Positions 1-10,775 of a DNA stretch of 64,000 bases are shown here, one piece after another. A program made the position numbers and the translations under genes. This stretch comes from the human T2T-CHM13v2.0 reference genome, Homo sapiens. The stretch is taken from assembly GCF_009914755.1 (NCBI RefSeq), contig NC_060927.1; one strand, 5' to 3'. Within the stretch, counting starts at the first letter, position 1. Every line of letters starts with the position of its first letter. The notes under the pieces were generated by a model. It was not told the origin of the DNA, searched no databases, and saw nothing but the letters and a program-made list of their open reading frames with translations.

Positions 1-29
1 ACAACCCCCAATATTCCTGACCTCCTTTT

Positions 30-245
30 TCTGCTTTTTCTATTTAGCATTAGTCCCATGTGATATACTTTATATTATACCTACGTTTTATTTTTCTGTC
101 TTTGCCTCCCCCCCTTTAATGTAAGCTCCATGAGGGAAGGGATTTTCCTCATGACTGTTTTCCTTTATGTTCAGTACCCAAAAAGGTGCCTTGAACATAG
201 GAATTTCACAGTAGGTGTTGGATGGCTGAATGTATGAAGGAATGA
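30..245 (+). mobile_element. L2 LINE 3' end fragment
   Basis: Resembles the L2 terminus (aatgtaagctccatgagggaagggatttt...gtgccttgaacatagg...gaatgtatgaaggaatga); boundaries approximate. Confidence 0.7.
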
Positions 246-654
246 TTTTATATACAGTGCACATCAGCTTAATAAATTATTCTTTTTCTCTACTAGGCTC
301 AGTCCACTTTTTTCTGTTTCTACTGATATACTGCCTTTTCTCTTCCTCATCTCTAATATACATTTGAATACTTCCTCCATATTTGTTACCTCTTGGAAAC
401 TTTTCTTGAACCACCGCAGGGAGGTCTACTCCCCTTAGTTCTCAATTTATGTTTATGTTGTTCAGTTTTTGAGGACAGCAACTCTTTCACATGAGGCTAC
501 CTTCTTTTCCAAATGCCTTAATATGCTGGGTGGTAAATGCTGCCAGAATTGTTATTTCTGCCACATCAGCACATGTGTCACGGGAAGAAAAACACTGTTT
601 GGTTTCCAGATTTGAAGAGCAAAATGTGTATTATGCAAAATGGCGCTTTGTCTT

Positions 655-905
655 TAACGGGAGTAGTTCCAGTTTTAAATCCCAGCTGCCTTTACCATCT
701 ATTTGACCCTAAATAGTTGTTAAAACCTTCTGATCCCTAATGCCTTCATCTATAAGATGAAGTTAATAATATTAATACCTTCCTTGCAGGGTGAATGTGG
801 GGCCTGGGGCTAATATGTATCAAACCCCAGGCTTGACAGATAAGACATTACCACTAACGGGCTATTATTAGTGTTGTTGTTGTTGTTATTGCTACTGTTA
901 CTATT
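655..905 (+). mobile_element. MIR SINE
   Basis: MIR core-like text (aaatcccagctgcc...ccttcatctataagatgaagttaataata...ccttgcagggtg) followed by a (TTG)n/TTA-rich tail. Confidence 0.6.
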
Positions 906-1009
906 ACTGTATCATTCCTCCTTCCTCTGATTTACCACCTATACTGTGCAGGAATCTCCACTTCAGTAGAAAAAATACATTCAGCTATTTCAATTTGGGA
1001 TTAAATTTT

Positions 1010-1560
1010 CCATCCATTCGTTTATTCAACAAGCATTTTTTGAGAGCCTAGCATGTGCCAAGTACAACACTGATTGCAAGGAATACAAAAATGAATACAC
1101 ATTAGTCCCTGCACCTTCATAGCTTTCAGTCTGTGGAATTTATTTACTTATTCAGCGGAATAGTTCAACAAATATTTAGCGAGCATTGATTGAGTCCCAG
1201 CTGCAGTTATGGGGACCAGGAATACATGAGTGAAAAAAGAAGATGGGGATTACTTTCTAGTGGAAGGAGATGGAAAATAAACATAAATACATAAATAAGT
1301 GAATTCTGTAGTATGCTACAATGTGATAAGGGCTAGTGACACCTAGTGAAGCAGAGGAAAACGGACCCGGGGTGTTAAGTTGGTGGAGGGGGGGTTCAGG
1401 GGCCAGGGGATTTGCAATTTTTAAGTAAGGTGGTAAAGGCAGACTTTCCTGGGAATGTGACATTTGAGCAAAGACTCAAGGAAATGAAGAAATGAGCCAC
1501 ATGGATATCTGGGGGAAGAACATTTCAGCAGAGGGAATATGAGCAGAGCAGGGAGCAGGG
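1010..1560 (-). mobile_element. L2 LINE fragments (two adjacent 3' ends)
   Basis: attcaacaagcattttttgagagcctagcatgtgcc and ttcaacaaatatttagcgagc are reverse-complement L2 termini; gtgacatttgagcaaagac...atgagccacatggatatctgggggaagaacatttcagcagaggg is L2a body. Confidence 0.75.
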
Positions 1561-2085
1561 GGCTGTTGTAACAGAGGGCTGCTTTAAAATGCCGTGGCAT
1601 GGGAATGCAGGGTGCAGGAAAGAGAGATGTAGAAGCGGGGATCTTGGTTGCGTTTTCCACTGACCAAGTCTTAGTCATTTTCTATTATTCCTATGACTGA
1701 ACTGCCTAGGTTCCTCCCTTGGCTAGAAAGGCTAGATCTGGGAACAATGAATGGAGAATGCGTGATGTGTCTGCTGACTACACCTAATCATCCACTTCCA
1801 AGGCTTTTTTTTTTTTTTTCTCACCTCTATGACTCTAGGATCCTTTATTTCAGTGGTTTTTGTACGCGACAGAAGAATGTTGCCGCCAGAAGTCTGAATT
1901 AAGACCCCGCGGACATGGAAGATCCCCTTTTGACTTTCTGGTTGTAGTCCCATGAGTCAAATGACAAAAAAAAGAGGTGGTGGTATTGGGAAAGGTTTCT
2001 GTGGTTGCCTAGGACAATAGGCCTGATATTTCAGGGAACATCTTTGTATTGGGAGGCATAGATGAAATGTTAGAATTTCCGTGGA

Positions 2086-2444
<359 letters not shown>

Positions 2445-3044
2445 CTAATGGGGAGATCAGACTTCCTTGTCACCAGCCATTCAGTCTTTCTTCTTCAAGG
2501 GCTCTGACGGTCCAGTCAAACCACTAGTTTCTCCTCATAAACGTGTGGCTTCTTACCCCAACCAACTCCCCTTTCACGCAAAGTAGACGCAGATGACCTT
2601 GAAGTTCTGTATACCATGAATCTTTCTCTTCTGTGGTGTTTACAGTCACAGCTGAGTACCACTACTCGCCAATTCAGATTATTGTGCAAAGTTCACCAAC
2701 TTTTTCTTCTTGGATATCCTAGGCCACTTTGCTTAACATACTTGAAGTAGCTAGCTTCTCTGATTGAAAATCAGACCAGTTTATCTGTAAATTCAGTCAA
2801 GGTTTTCACTGAACAGTTATCCTCATGTTTACACTGATTATTTTCTCAGTTTTTAACCATTCATTTTTAAGCAGGAAGTAATCATAGTTGGGCCTTTTTA
2901 CTTGACTCATTGGATTTGCCAGACATGGAGAAGTTTTACGTTCTTTGATTAAAACTTCAGTCACATATTTTCTTTATGTTTTTTGCTGTTCTCCAATATA
3001 AAAGTTAGACTCTTTAAAAATATTTAGGAATTTTGCAGTCTCCT

Positions 3045-3785
3045 TTCTTGAAGTATAACTTACTACAGTAAAATGCCCAAATCTTAACTTATAAGCTGAT
3101 TGACTTCAAACATATCTACATCCTCTTGTAATTACTCCTAGATAAAGATTAAGATAATTTCCATCAACTTAGAAAGCTTCACCATGCCCCTTCCCAGGCA
3201 ATATTCCACCTCAGAGGAAACCATTGTTCTGACTTCTATCTCCATAGATTAGTTTTGTTTATTCTTGAGCTAAATAATTACATAATACAGTATGTATTTT
3301 TTCTGCCTTCTTTTATTTAACACAGAATTTTTGAGGTTCATCTACATTGATGTATTAGTAATTTGCCCTTTCTAAATTGCTGAAAGTATTTCATTGTGTA
3401 GATATACATGGTATTTATCCATTCTCCGATTGATGAACTAGAGAACTGTCAGCAGCCCTTCACTCTGGTGAAGACTAGAAAAACTTTCAATTTTTTTTCT
3501 AGTTTATGGCTATAAAAAAGCTTCTATAAATATTCTTAACATAAATTTTCATTTTGTTTATTTTTAAGATAGACACATGCATGTATTTCTCTTAGTTGCA
3601 TATCAAAGAGTGGAGTTGGTGAGCCATGGGGTGTGTTTAATTCTTCAGGAGACTGCCAAATAATCTTCCAAAGTGGTTGGATTGTTACATATTCCCAACA
3701 GCAACAGAAAAAAGTTCCAGGTGCTCCTGTTCTCACCAACACTTGGTATTCTCAGTGTTTTTTTTCTTAGCTTTAGCTATTAAAA
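3045..3785 (-). mobile_element. Old L1M (L1ME/MC-type) 3' end
   Basis: ttgaagtataacttac...ctgacttctatctccatagattagttttg...ttccaaagtggttg...tctcaccaacacttggtatt is typical antisense L1M 3' text. Confidence 0.8.
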
Positions 3786-4559
3786 TGCCTAATTAGTGAG
3801 AAAAGTGTACATTTTGATGCCCTTAAGGAAATATGCCTGCTACTGAACTCAGATAAGGAGCTGAGCATGAAAGGACTCAAAGAGAAAAAAGAATTCTGTT
3901 TAGACAGAAAAAAAAGTTTCAAGTCTGCAGATTTTTTTTATCAACATCTGAAGAGGGATGCCATGCCGTGAATTTTCCTTCAGCCATGAATTGTGATAAC
4001 ATAAGAAAATGAAAACACAAGCGAAATCTATTCACAAAAAGGTAGAATCTGGTGTGAAGAACCTTAACTGGCAAAAAGGAAGATTTAATTTGCAGTTATT
4101 TGAACTGAGCGTTCTTTTTTTGATCCTTTGATTTTTGATCACTCTGTTCTCTCTACGTGGGTGCTATTGCAAACACGCTTGTCTTCAAACTCCTTGACAT
4201 AGCTATGTGTCATTCTTATGGGAAAATTTCCCAACTCTAACTTGCGAGACTGGCCCTAAATGGAACACGCTGTGCTATAAAAATGAAAGACACTTTATAA
4301 ATGTATCTCTTCTAAGAGGTGTGTTATTTTGCATAAAATAGAGTTAACAAATGATCTGCTTTTAGAGTATGAGTTAACACTAAAATTTTAATATTTGTTC
4401 CAGTTTATCATATTTTAAAATTATTTTCAACTTAGTCTTTTTGAGAATGTCATAGAAGAATACATTTATTTGAAGAATCAAGAAAAAATCCAGCCTACTC
4501 TACTTAAGAGTCAACGATTCTACTAGCACATTCCAAAAATGTCTTTCCTTTGAATCCTC

Positions 4560-4700
4560 ATTGTATCTTATGGATTTATCACACATACTTAACTTTTTCT
4601 TTACAAACCTGTTTCTATCTGCTAGATAATGGCAATCTTGATGGCAGTGATCATAGCCCATTCTCCACTCCCGGGGCCTGGTATGGGGTCTATAACATAC
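4560..4700 (+). mobile_element. L2 3' fragment, interrupted by LTR12 (continues about 6339-6380)
   Basis: ggcctggtatggggtctataacatac joined to taattgataataaatgtttctggaatg restores a degenerate L2 tail. Confidence 0.45.
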
Positions 4701-5054
4701 TGAGTCCAGAATTGGTGGGTTCTTGGTCTCACTGACTTCAAGAATGAAGTCGCGAACCCTCGCGGTGAGTGTTACAGTTCTTAAAGGCGGTGTGTCTGGA
4801 GTTTATTCCTTCTGATGTTCGGATGTGTCCGGAGTTTGTTTCTTCTGGTGGGTTCATGGTCTCGCTGGCTCAGGAGTGAAGCTGCAGACCTTCGCGGTGA
4901 GTGTTACAGCTCTTAATGTGGCGCGTCTGGAGTTGTTCATTCCTCCCAGTGGGTTCGTGGTCTCGCTGGCTTCAGGAGTGAAGCTGCAGACCTTCATGGT
5001 GAGTGTTACAGCTTGTAAAGGCAGTGTGGACCCAACGACTGAGCAGTAGCAAGA

Positions 5055-5160
5055 TTTATTGCAAAGAACGAATAACAAAGCTTCCACAGTCTGGAATGGG
5101 ACAGGGCCCTAGGGTTGCCACTGCTGGCTCAGGCAGCCTGCTTTTATTCTCTTATCCGGC
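5055..5160 (-). promoter_or_regulatory. LTR12 core promoter and R region: GATA site, AATAAAA TATA-like box, poly(A) signal
   Basis: Minus strand GGATAAGAGAATAAAAGCAGGCTG (TTTTATT at 5142-5148) and AATAAA at 5055-5060, matching known ERV9 LTR organisation. Confidence 0.7.
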
Positions 5161-5170
5161 CTCACCCACA

Positions 5171-5735
5171 TACTGCTGATTGGTCCATTTTACAGAGAGC
5201 CAATTGGTCTGTTTTACAGAGAGCTGATTGGTCCATTTTGACAGGGTGCTGATTGGTGTGTTTACAATCCATGAGCTAGACACAAAAGTTCTCCACCTCC
5301 CCACTAGATGAGCTAGATACAGAGTGCTGATTGGCGTATTTACAAACCCTGAGCTAGACAGAGTGCTGATTGGTGCATTTACAAACCTTGAGCTAGATAC
5401 AGAGTGCCAATTGGTGCATTCACAATCCCTTAGCTAGACACAAAGATTCTCCAAGTCCCCACCAGATTAGCTAGACACAGAGCACTGATTGGTGCATTTA
5501 CAAACCTTGAGCTAGACACAGAGTGCCAACTGGTGCATTCACAATCCCTTAGCTAGACATAAAGATTCTCCAAGTGCCCACCAGATTAGCTAGATAGAGT
5601 GCCAACTGGTGCATCCACAAACCCTGAGCTAGACACAGGGTGCTGATTGGTGTGACAAACCTTGAGCTAGGCAGAGTGCTGATTGGTGCACTCACAATCC
5701 CTTAGCTAGACACAAAGGTTCTCCAAGTCCCCACT
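5171..5735 (-). repeat. LTR12 U3 tandem enhancer array (about 40-bp units carrying CCAAT boxes)
   Basis: Repeated gagctagacacagagtgctgattggtgcatttacaaacctt; about 10 intact ATTGG (CCAAT on minus) and 2 degenerate ACTGG copies counted by eye. Confidence 0.9.
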
Positions 5736-6665
5736 AGACTCAGGAGCCCAGCTGGCCTCACCCAGTGGATCTTGCACCGGGGCTGCAGGTGGAGCTGCCT
5801 GCCAGCCATGCACCCGCACTCCTCAGCCCTTGGGCGGTCGATGGGACCCGGCACCGTGGAGCAGGGGGCGGTGCTCCTCTGGGCACGGGGGTGGGGGCGG
5901 GGGCGGGGGGAGGAGGGAGAGACTCAGGCATGGCAGGCTGCGGGTCCCTAGCCCTGCTTGTGGGGAGGCGGCTAAGGCCCGGTGAGAAATCGAGCACAGC
6001 AGCTGCTGGCCCAGGTGCTAAGCCCCTCACTGCCCGGGGCCAGCGGGATTGGCCGGCCACTCTGAGTGCGGGGCCCGCGGAGCCCATGCCCACCCGGAAC
6101 TCGGCTGGCCCGCAAGTGCCCTGGGCAGCCTGGTTCCCACCCACGCCACTCCCTCCACACCTCCCGGCAAGCTGAGGGAGCCGGCTCAGGCCTTGGCCAG
6201 TCCAGAAAGGGGCTCCCACAGTGCAGCGGCAGGCTGAAGGGCTCCTCAAGTGCGACCAGAGTGGGCGCCAAGGCCGAGGAGGTGCCCAGAGCGAGCGAGG
6301 GCTGCGAGGGCTGACAGCACGCTGTCACCTCTCAATACTAATTGATAATAAATGTTTCTGGAATGCTGAATTGCATGAAGGAAATGAGAGAAAATCACAT
6401 AAGCTGCTTTCAAGTCCCGACCTCTGAGAACAATGCATATACCTTTGGACAGCTTATTAAAAGGAAAATTTCAGGATGTGTACAATGTTATTTTCTGTTT
6501 ATTCCTGGACATGAACATAATATTTAATTAAACTCTGAGAGGTAATACTAATAATATTTGTGAGACTGTACACTAGCTATAGAATGACAAAAGTTACAGC
6601 TTTCATAATCTTTTCCTGTGGAATAACACATACTAACAGAAAATTGTTTGCTATTTTCCCTTTAG

Positions 6666-6812
6666 CAAGGCTAAGGTATTGTCCAGTGGTTTGGCCAGTG
6701 AAGTCAAAATATCCCCACCATTTACTTGGTGAAAACCACTGAATCAGTTTCTACGAGGTAGAGAGAAATAACCTCAGAAGCTAGCCTTATAGACTCAATT
6801 TATAAAGTCATG
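6666..6812 (+). other. Candidate non-coding spliced exon (147 nt)
   Basis: TACTAAC branch point 6631-6637, pyrimidine tract and AG at 6664-6665, donor ATG|GTAAGT at 6812/6813; stop codons in all three frames. Confidence 0.4.
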
Positions 6813-6820
6813 GTAAGTCT

Positions 6821-6853
6821 AAAACAAACAAACAAAAAACAAACAAACAAAAA
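6821..6853 (+). repeat. (AAAC)n microsatellite, imperfect
   Basis: aaaacaaacaaacaaaaaacaaacaaacaaaaa. Confidence 0.85.
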
Positions 6854-8340
6854 CCTCCCCACCAAATGTAAGAGAAATGAAGAAACAAGATTCCAGATTC
6901 AATTTATATAAGTTTTCTCTTCGAAAAAGTTATTTCTAAGAGCCCTGAAAATAAAAACCATTTTACCTAGTTATAGAGAAAATTATTTTTCCAGATTTTT
7001 TTGGCAGTGTTTTAGGTAGAAAAAAAGTTTTGTAATGAGATTCTCCTTCCATAATTATTCGTATCTGTGCATTTGGTAGGTACTGAACACACTCCACTGT
7101 ATCTCAGAAGGGATCTACAGATAAAGATGACTCAGCACAAACAGTTCCAATCTGAAGCATTCAGAGAATCTCTTCTTTCCTTGTTCTCAGATGTTTTGAA
7201 ATAAACATTGGCAGTGTTTATTTATGAAGGTTCGGGACTTTTTGAATGTGTCAGCAGCATGCCTTGACTCTAAACAGACTATGTTGCAATTTTTTTCCCT
7301 GATGATTCAAAACTATAAACTTAAAATTACCTAATTAAAAAGATACTGAACTACAATAAACTTGGACTACAACTTCAGTTATGTACCTTGTCTGAAATTA
7401 GATCATTTCAATAACCCCTCTTCATGCCAAAGACAGGGTTTCCTCTTAGTGCATAAACATCCTCTGAACTCTGACTGAGGGTTCTTTGTTGCTTGATCAT
7501 TGTTGTTTTGAACGATATAATTTTAATTCTTTCCCTGTTTTGTTAAATTGAGGATTTTGGCTCAAATTTATTTTTCTTAATAGGCTATGAGTTACACGGA
7601 GAAGTAGAAAGAAAATAGCTCAAGAGAAGTGTCAACAAATACTGTTGGGGGGGTACTCAATTGTTTAAATAAGAATTTAAAGCTTAAGTTTATTGTGAAT
7701 AATTCTCATTCTGGAGAGATGAAACGAAGAACCTATATATACTGCAGTCTAATGATAAATATTTAAAATCCAACAAGAAACACTCATCCGACATACATAT
7801 TTCTAGCATTTTCCTGATGTTGGTAATGCATTAATAATGCTTCAATTGATTGGCATATATTTTGGTGGATAGGCCAAAAACAGGATGTCAATTGCTAGAA
7901 AGCAAGATGCCTTCTCTCCTCTATTTTCTCTTTTCTTTAGGTCCCATGAAACCTCAGCTTCCCTATTTGTTTAATGGAGATAATCATTCTTTCTTCATTT
8001 TTTCATAGTCAAATTGGCTGTAGAGTTCACCCAAAATGATGTCTATGGACATATTTAAATATATCACAGGCCATAGAAATGTGTTAAACTTTTTTGTTAA
8101 TGCTGGATAATATGGCCTGATCTCGTACTTTCTTCTTGTAGTAATTTTTACTTCCTCATTTTGCTCCTGTAAAGTATCTATGTTGAAGGGAGAATTGTGA
8201 GCTCACTCATCCATGAAGAAAAGAGGTGAGAGAGACTGAAACGGAGGCGAAGAGGAAGAAGATTATTATCCCTTATCTCTAACTTTTCTACAAGTATTTG
8301 CTTCTAGAGAGACATGAATAATAGTGAGAAAAGTAGGAAA

Positions 8341-8484
8341 TTTCCTTTCTTTCCTTTTCTTTTTTGAGATGGCATCTCACTATGTTGCCCAGGCTACCTT
8401 TCAACTAACTCCTGGGCTCAAGTGATCCTTCTGCCTCACTTACCTGAGTAGCTGGGACTACAAGTGTGCTCCACTGCACTTAGC
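8341..8484 (-). mobile_element. FLAM / Alu monomer
   Basis: T-rich tail then gagatggcatctcactatgttgcccaggct...ctcctgggctcaagtgatcc...gctgggactaca; single arm only. Confidence 0.85.
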
Positions 8485-8724
8485 TTAAATGTCTTTTCCA
8501 ATAAATAAATACATAAATAAAAGGCTGGAATCTATTTTTAAAAAATTTATGTCAACCCAGAATACAATAAAGAGATAAAAGGTTTAAACAGTGTCTATAT
8601 CTTCTGCCATCCCAAGAGCCACTTAAGAGGAATGCTAGAACTCAATAGGTAACAGACTGAAGATAATTATCCTAATCATAACTTCTAGGGGATTGTGGGT
8701 AGAAAGGGGGTGCTGGTGTGAAGT

Positions 8725-8860
8725 TATTGCATTTAACTTTACACAACCATACAGGGTAGTTATGTTTAGGCTGATATTACGAGAGCTAAAAGTGAAAGCC
8801 CAAGGAGGTTAAATTCCTAGGTTACAGTGAAACCAGTGTCCAAACTAAGATTTGTTTTTA
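8725..8860 (-). mobile_element. MIR fragment
   Basis: Degenerate antisense MIR core (aaagtgaaagcccaaggaggttaaattcctaggttacag). Confidence 0.45.
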
Positions 8861-10108
8861 AAGACTGTTCTCTGGCTATGGCAGAATCCAGTCACATACA
8901 AGGTACAGCCCCTAGCATTGTGGTTTGTGAAAAATAGATGCCTAACAATTGCATGTTGAGTCAGAGGTCACAGTAGCTGGAAAGGGTAATGGTGTTTGGT
9001 AAATTGGATAAATTCACTTTATATTGTTGATTTCTTTCTGTAATTTTTTTTTTTTACTGCATCTGTAAGCTATCTGAAATGTGAGCACTGAATTTTATCT
9101 ATTTGTCTTTTTGGTTACAGTAAGAAGTACAGATACTTTGCTCGGTTGGTGGAACAAAATTATAGATGAGATGTGTCAATATTGTGGTTGTCTCTAAATT
9201 TGTTTATGAGAGATTTTTGTAAAAATATCTTTTGCCTTGGAATAAAAAGAAGATAAAAAATTTTGATATTGGAGTTGTATGCAAATCTGCAAAACTTTCA
9301 TCTATTATTGCCATGAAATTACTATGTTTAGAACAATCCTTAACCTACACTTATCTATGACATTGCCTGTCAATTTTATGAAATGGAAAGATGGCTTGGG
9401 TGACTTGAACCGCCGGTAAGAACGTCAGAGAAAAGTTGATTTCCTATTCTGACCGTAAGACCAGCTTATAAACTGTTCTTTAAAAACTACTCTTGGCAAC
9501 TTCTGTTTTCATCCATGACAGAATAACTGGTACCAATCCATATCTCCTGCCAAAAACCAACTATAAAACTGAGCAAAATGCATGAGGTAACTTTTTCCAG
9601 GCATTGGAAAACAGTCAATGTAGTACTGAGAGCCTGAGAAGTTAGTGCCACGATGGGCTCTGCTTTCTCCCTTGGGGGCACCTTGCCACTGGGCAGGGAG
9701 GAGGAGCCAGGTAGAGTGGTGGTCTCAGTGACTGGTCTCAATATTGACTGGTGCAAGATATGTGGATTTGAAATCCCAGAGAAAGGGGCAAACGAGAACT
9801 GAGTAGAAAATGTATCTGAGAAGTAGAAACCAAAAAATACCTACATTTCAAAGGACATATCAACTTACAAATCCAAGAGGCTGAACACAAGGATAGCTAC
9901 AAGTAAAACCACACCTAGGCATAACATATTCAAGCTCCTGGAAACCAAAGTTAAAGAGAAAAGTAATTATTAGTACGAAAGAGCAGTGTTACAAAAGATA
10001 GCTGCTTTCTCAGACAGTGGGGACTTAAATACAATGAAATAACACTTTAAAAGTGTTGAAAGGAGGGGAAAAATCTGTGACTTTAAATTTTATACTCTGA
10101 TTAAATAT

Positions 10109-10611
10109 TGTGATAGGCAGAATAATGGCCCCTCCCCTCCCCTCAAAATGTCCACCATAGTCTCATCCCCAGAACCTGTGAATATGTTACCTTACATGAC
10201 AAAGGGGACTTTTGCAGATGTGATTAAGGTTGCAGACTTTGGGATGGATATATTTATTCTGAATTATCTTGGTGGGCCAAGTACAATCACATGGGTATTT
10301 AAAAGAAGAGAATCTTTCCCAGCTGTGGCCAGAGGGAGACGTGACTATGTAAGAAAGGTCAGAGAGATGTGACATTGTTGGCTTTGAGGATGGCCATGAG
10401 CCAAGGAATGCAGGTGGCCTCTAGAAGCTTGAAAAGACAAGGAAATGGATTCTGTCCTAGAGCTCCCAGAAAGAACACAGCTCTGCTGACGCATTGATTT
10501 TAGCCCAGTGAGACCCAGGTTGGATTTCTGAACTGTACAATAATAAATTTTTGCTGTTTTGAGGCGTTAAATTTGTGGTCATTTTTTATGGTAGCAATGG
10601 GAAACTAATAT
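10109..10611 (+). mobile_element. MaLR solo LTR, MLT1D-like
   Basis: Starts tgtgataggcagaataatggcccc, contains gggacttttgcagatgtgattaag, ends gcaatgggaaactaata; 5-bp TSD AATAT at 10104-10108 and 10612-10616. Confidence 0.9.
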
Positions 10612-10634
10612 AATATCCTTCAAAAATAAAGGTG

Positions 10635-10775
10635 AAATTGTACATATTTATGGGGTACAGTGTGACTCTTTGATACATGTGTACATTGTGTAAAATCAAA
10701 TCAGGGTATTTAGCACATCCATTACCTGACACATGTATTATTTCCTTATTGTCATTAAAAAATAAAAATAAAATC
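10635..10775. mobile_element. Short 5'-inverted L1MA 3'-end insertion
   Basis: Antisense L1MA terminal sequence (aattgtacatatttatggggtacagtgtga...) followed by sense gtcattaaaaaataaaaataaaa; TAAAGGTG on both flanks. Confidence 0.65.

Larger units (their letters stand above)
4701..6334 (-). mobile_element. ERV9 solo LTR (LTR12C/D/E group)
   Basis: Minus strand begins TGAGAGGTGACAGCGTGCTG and ends GTCAGTGAGACCAAGAACCCACCAATTCTGGACTCA (LTR12 termini); 4-bp TSD ATAC at 4697-4700 and 6335-6338; GC-rich U3, tandem enhancer repeats and U5 repeats present; 1634 bp. Confidence 0.97.

Noticed and set aside
5171-5735. Repeat-spacer-like array that could be mistaken for CRISPR
   Set aside because: Units are tandem LTR12 enhancer repeats without unique spacers; the context is eukaryotic and there are no cas genes
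5758-6427. Overlapping 60-163 aa GC-rich ORFs
   Set aside because: They lie in or start within LTR12 U3, where high GC suppresses stop codons; no domain similarity
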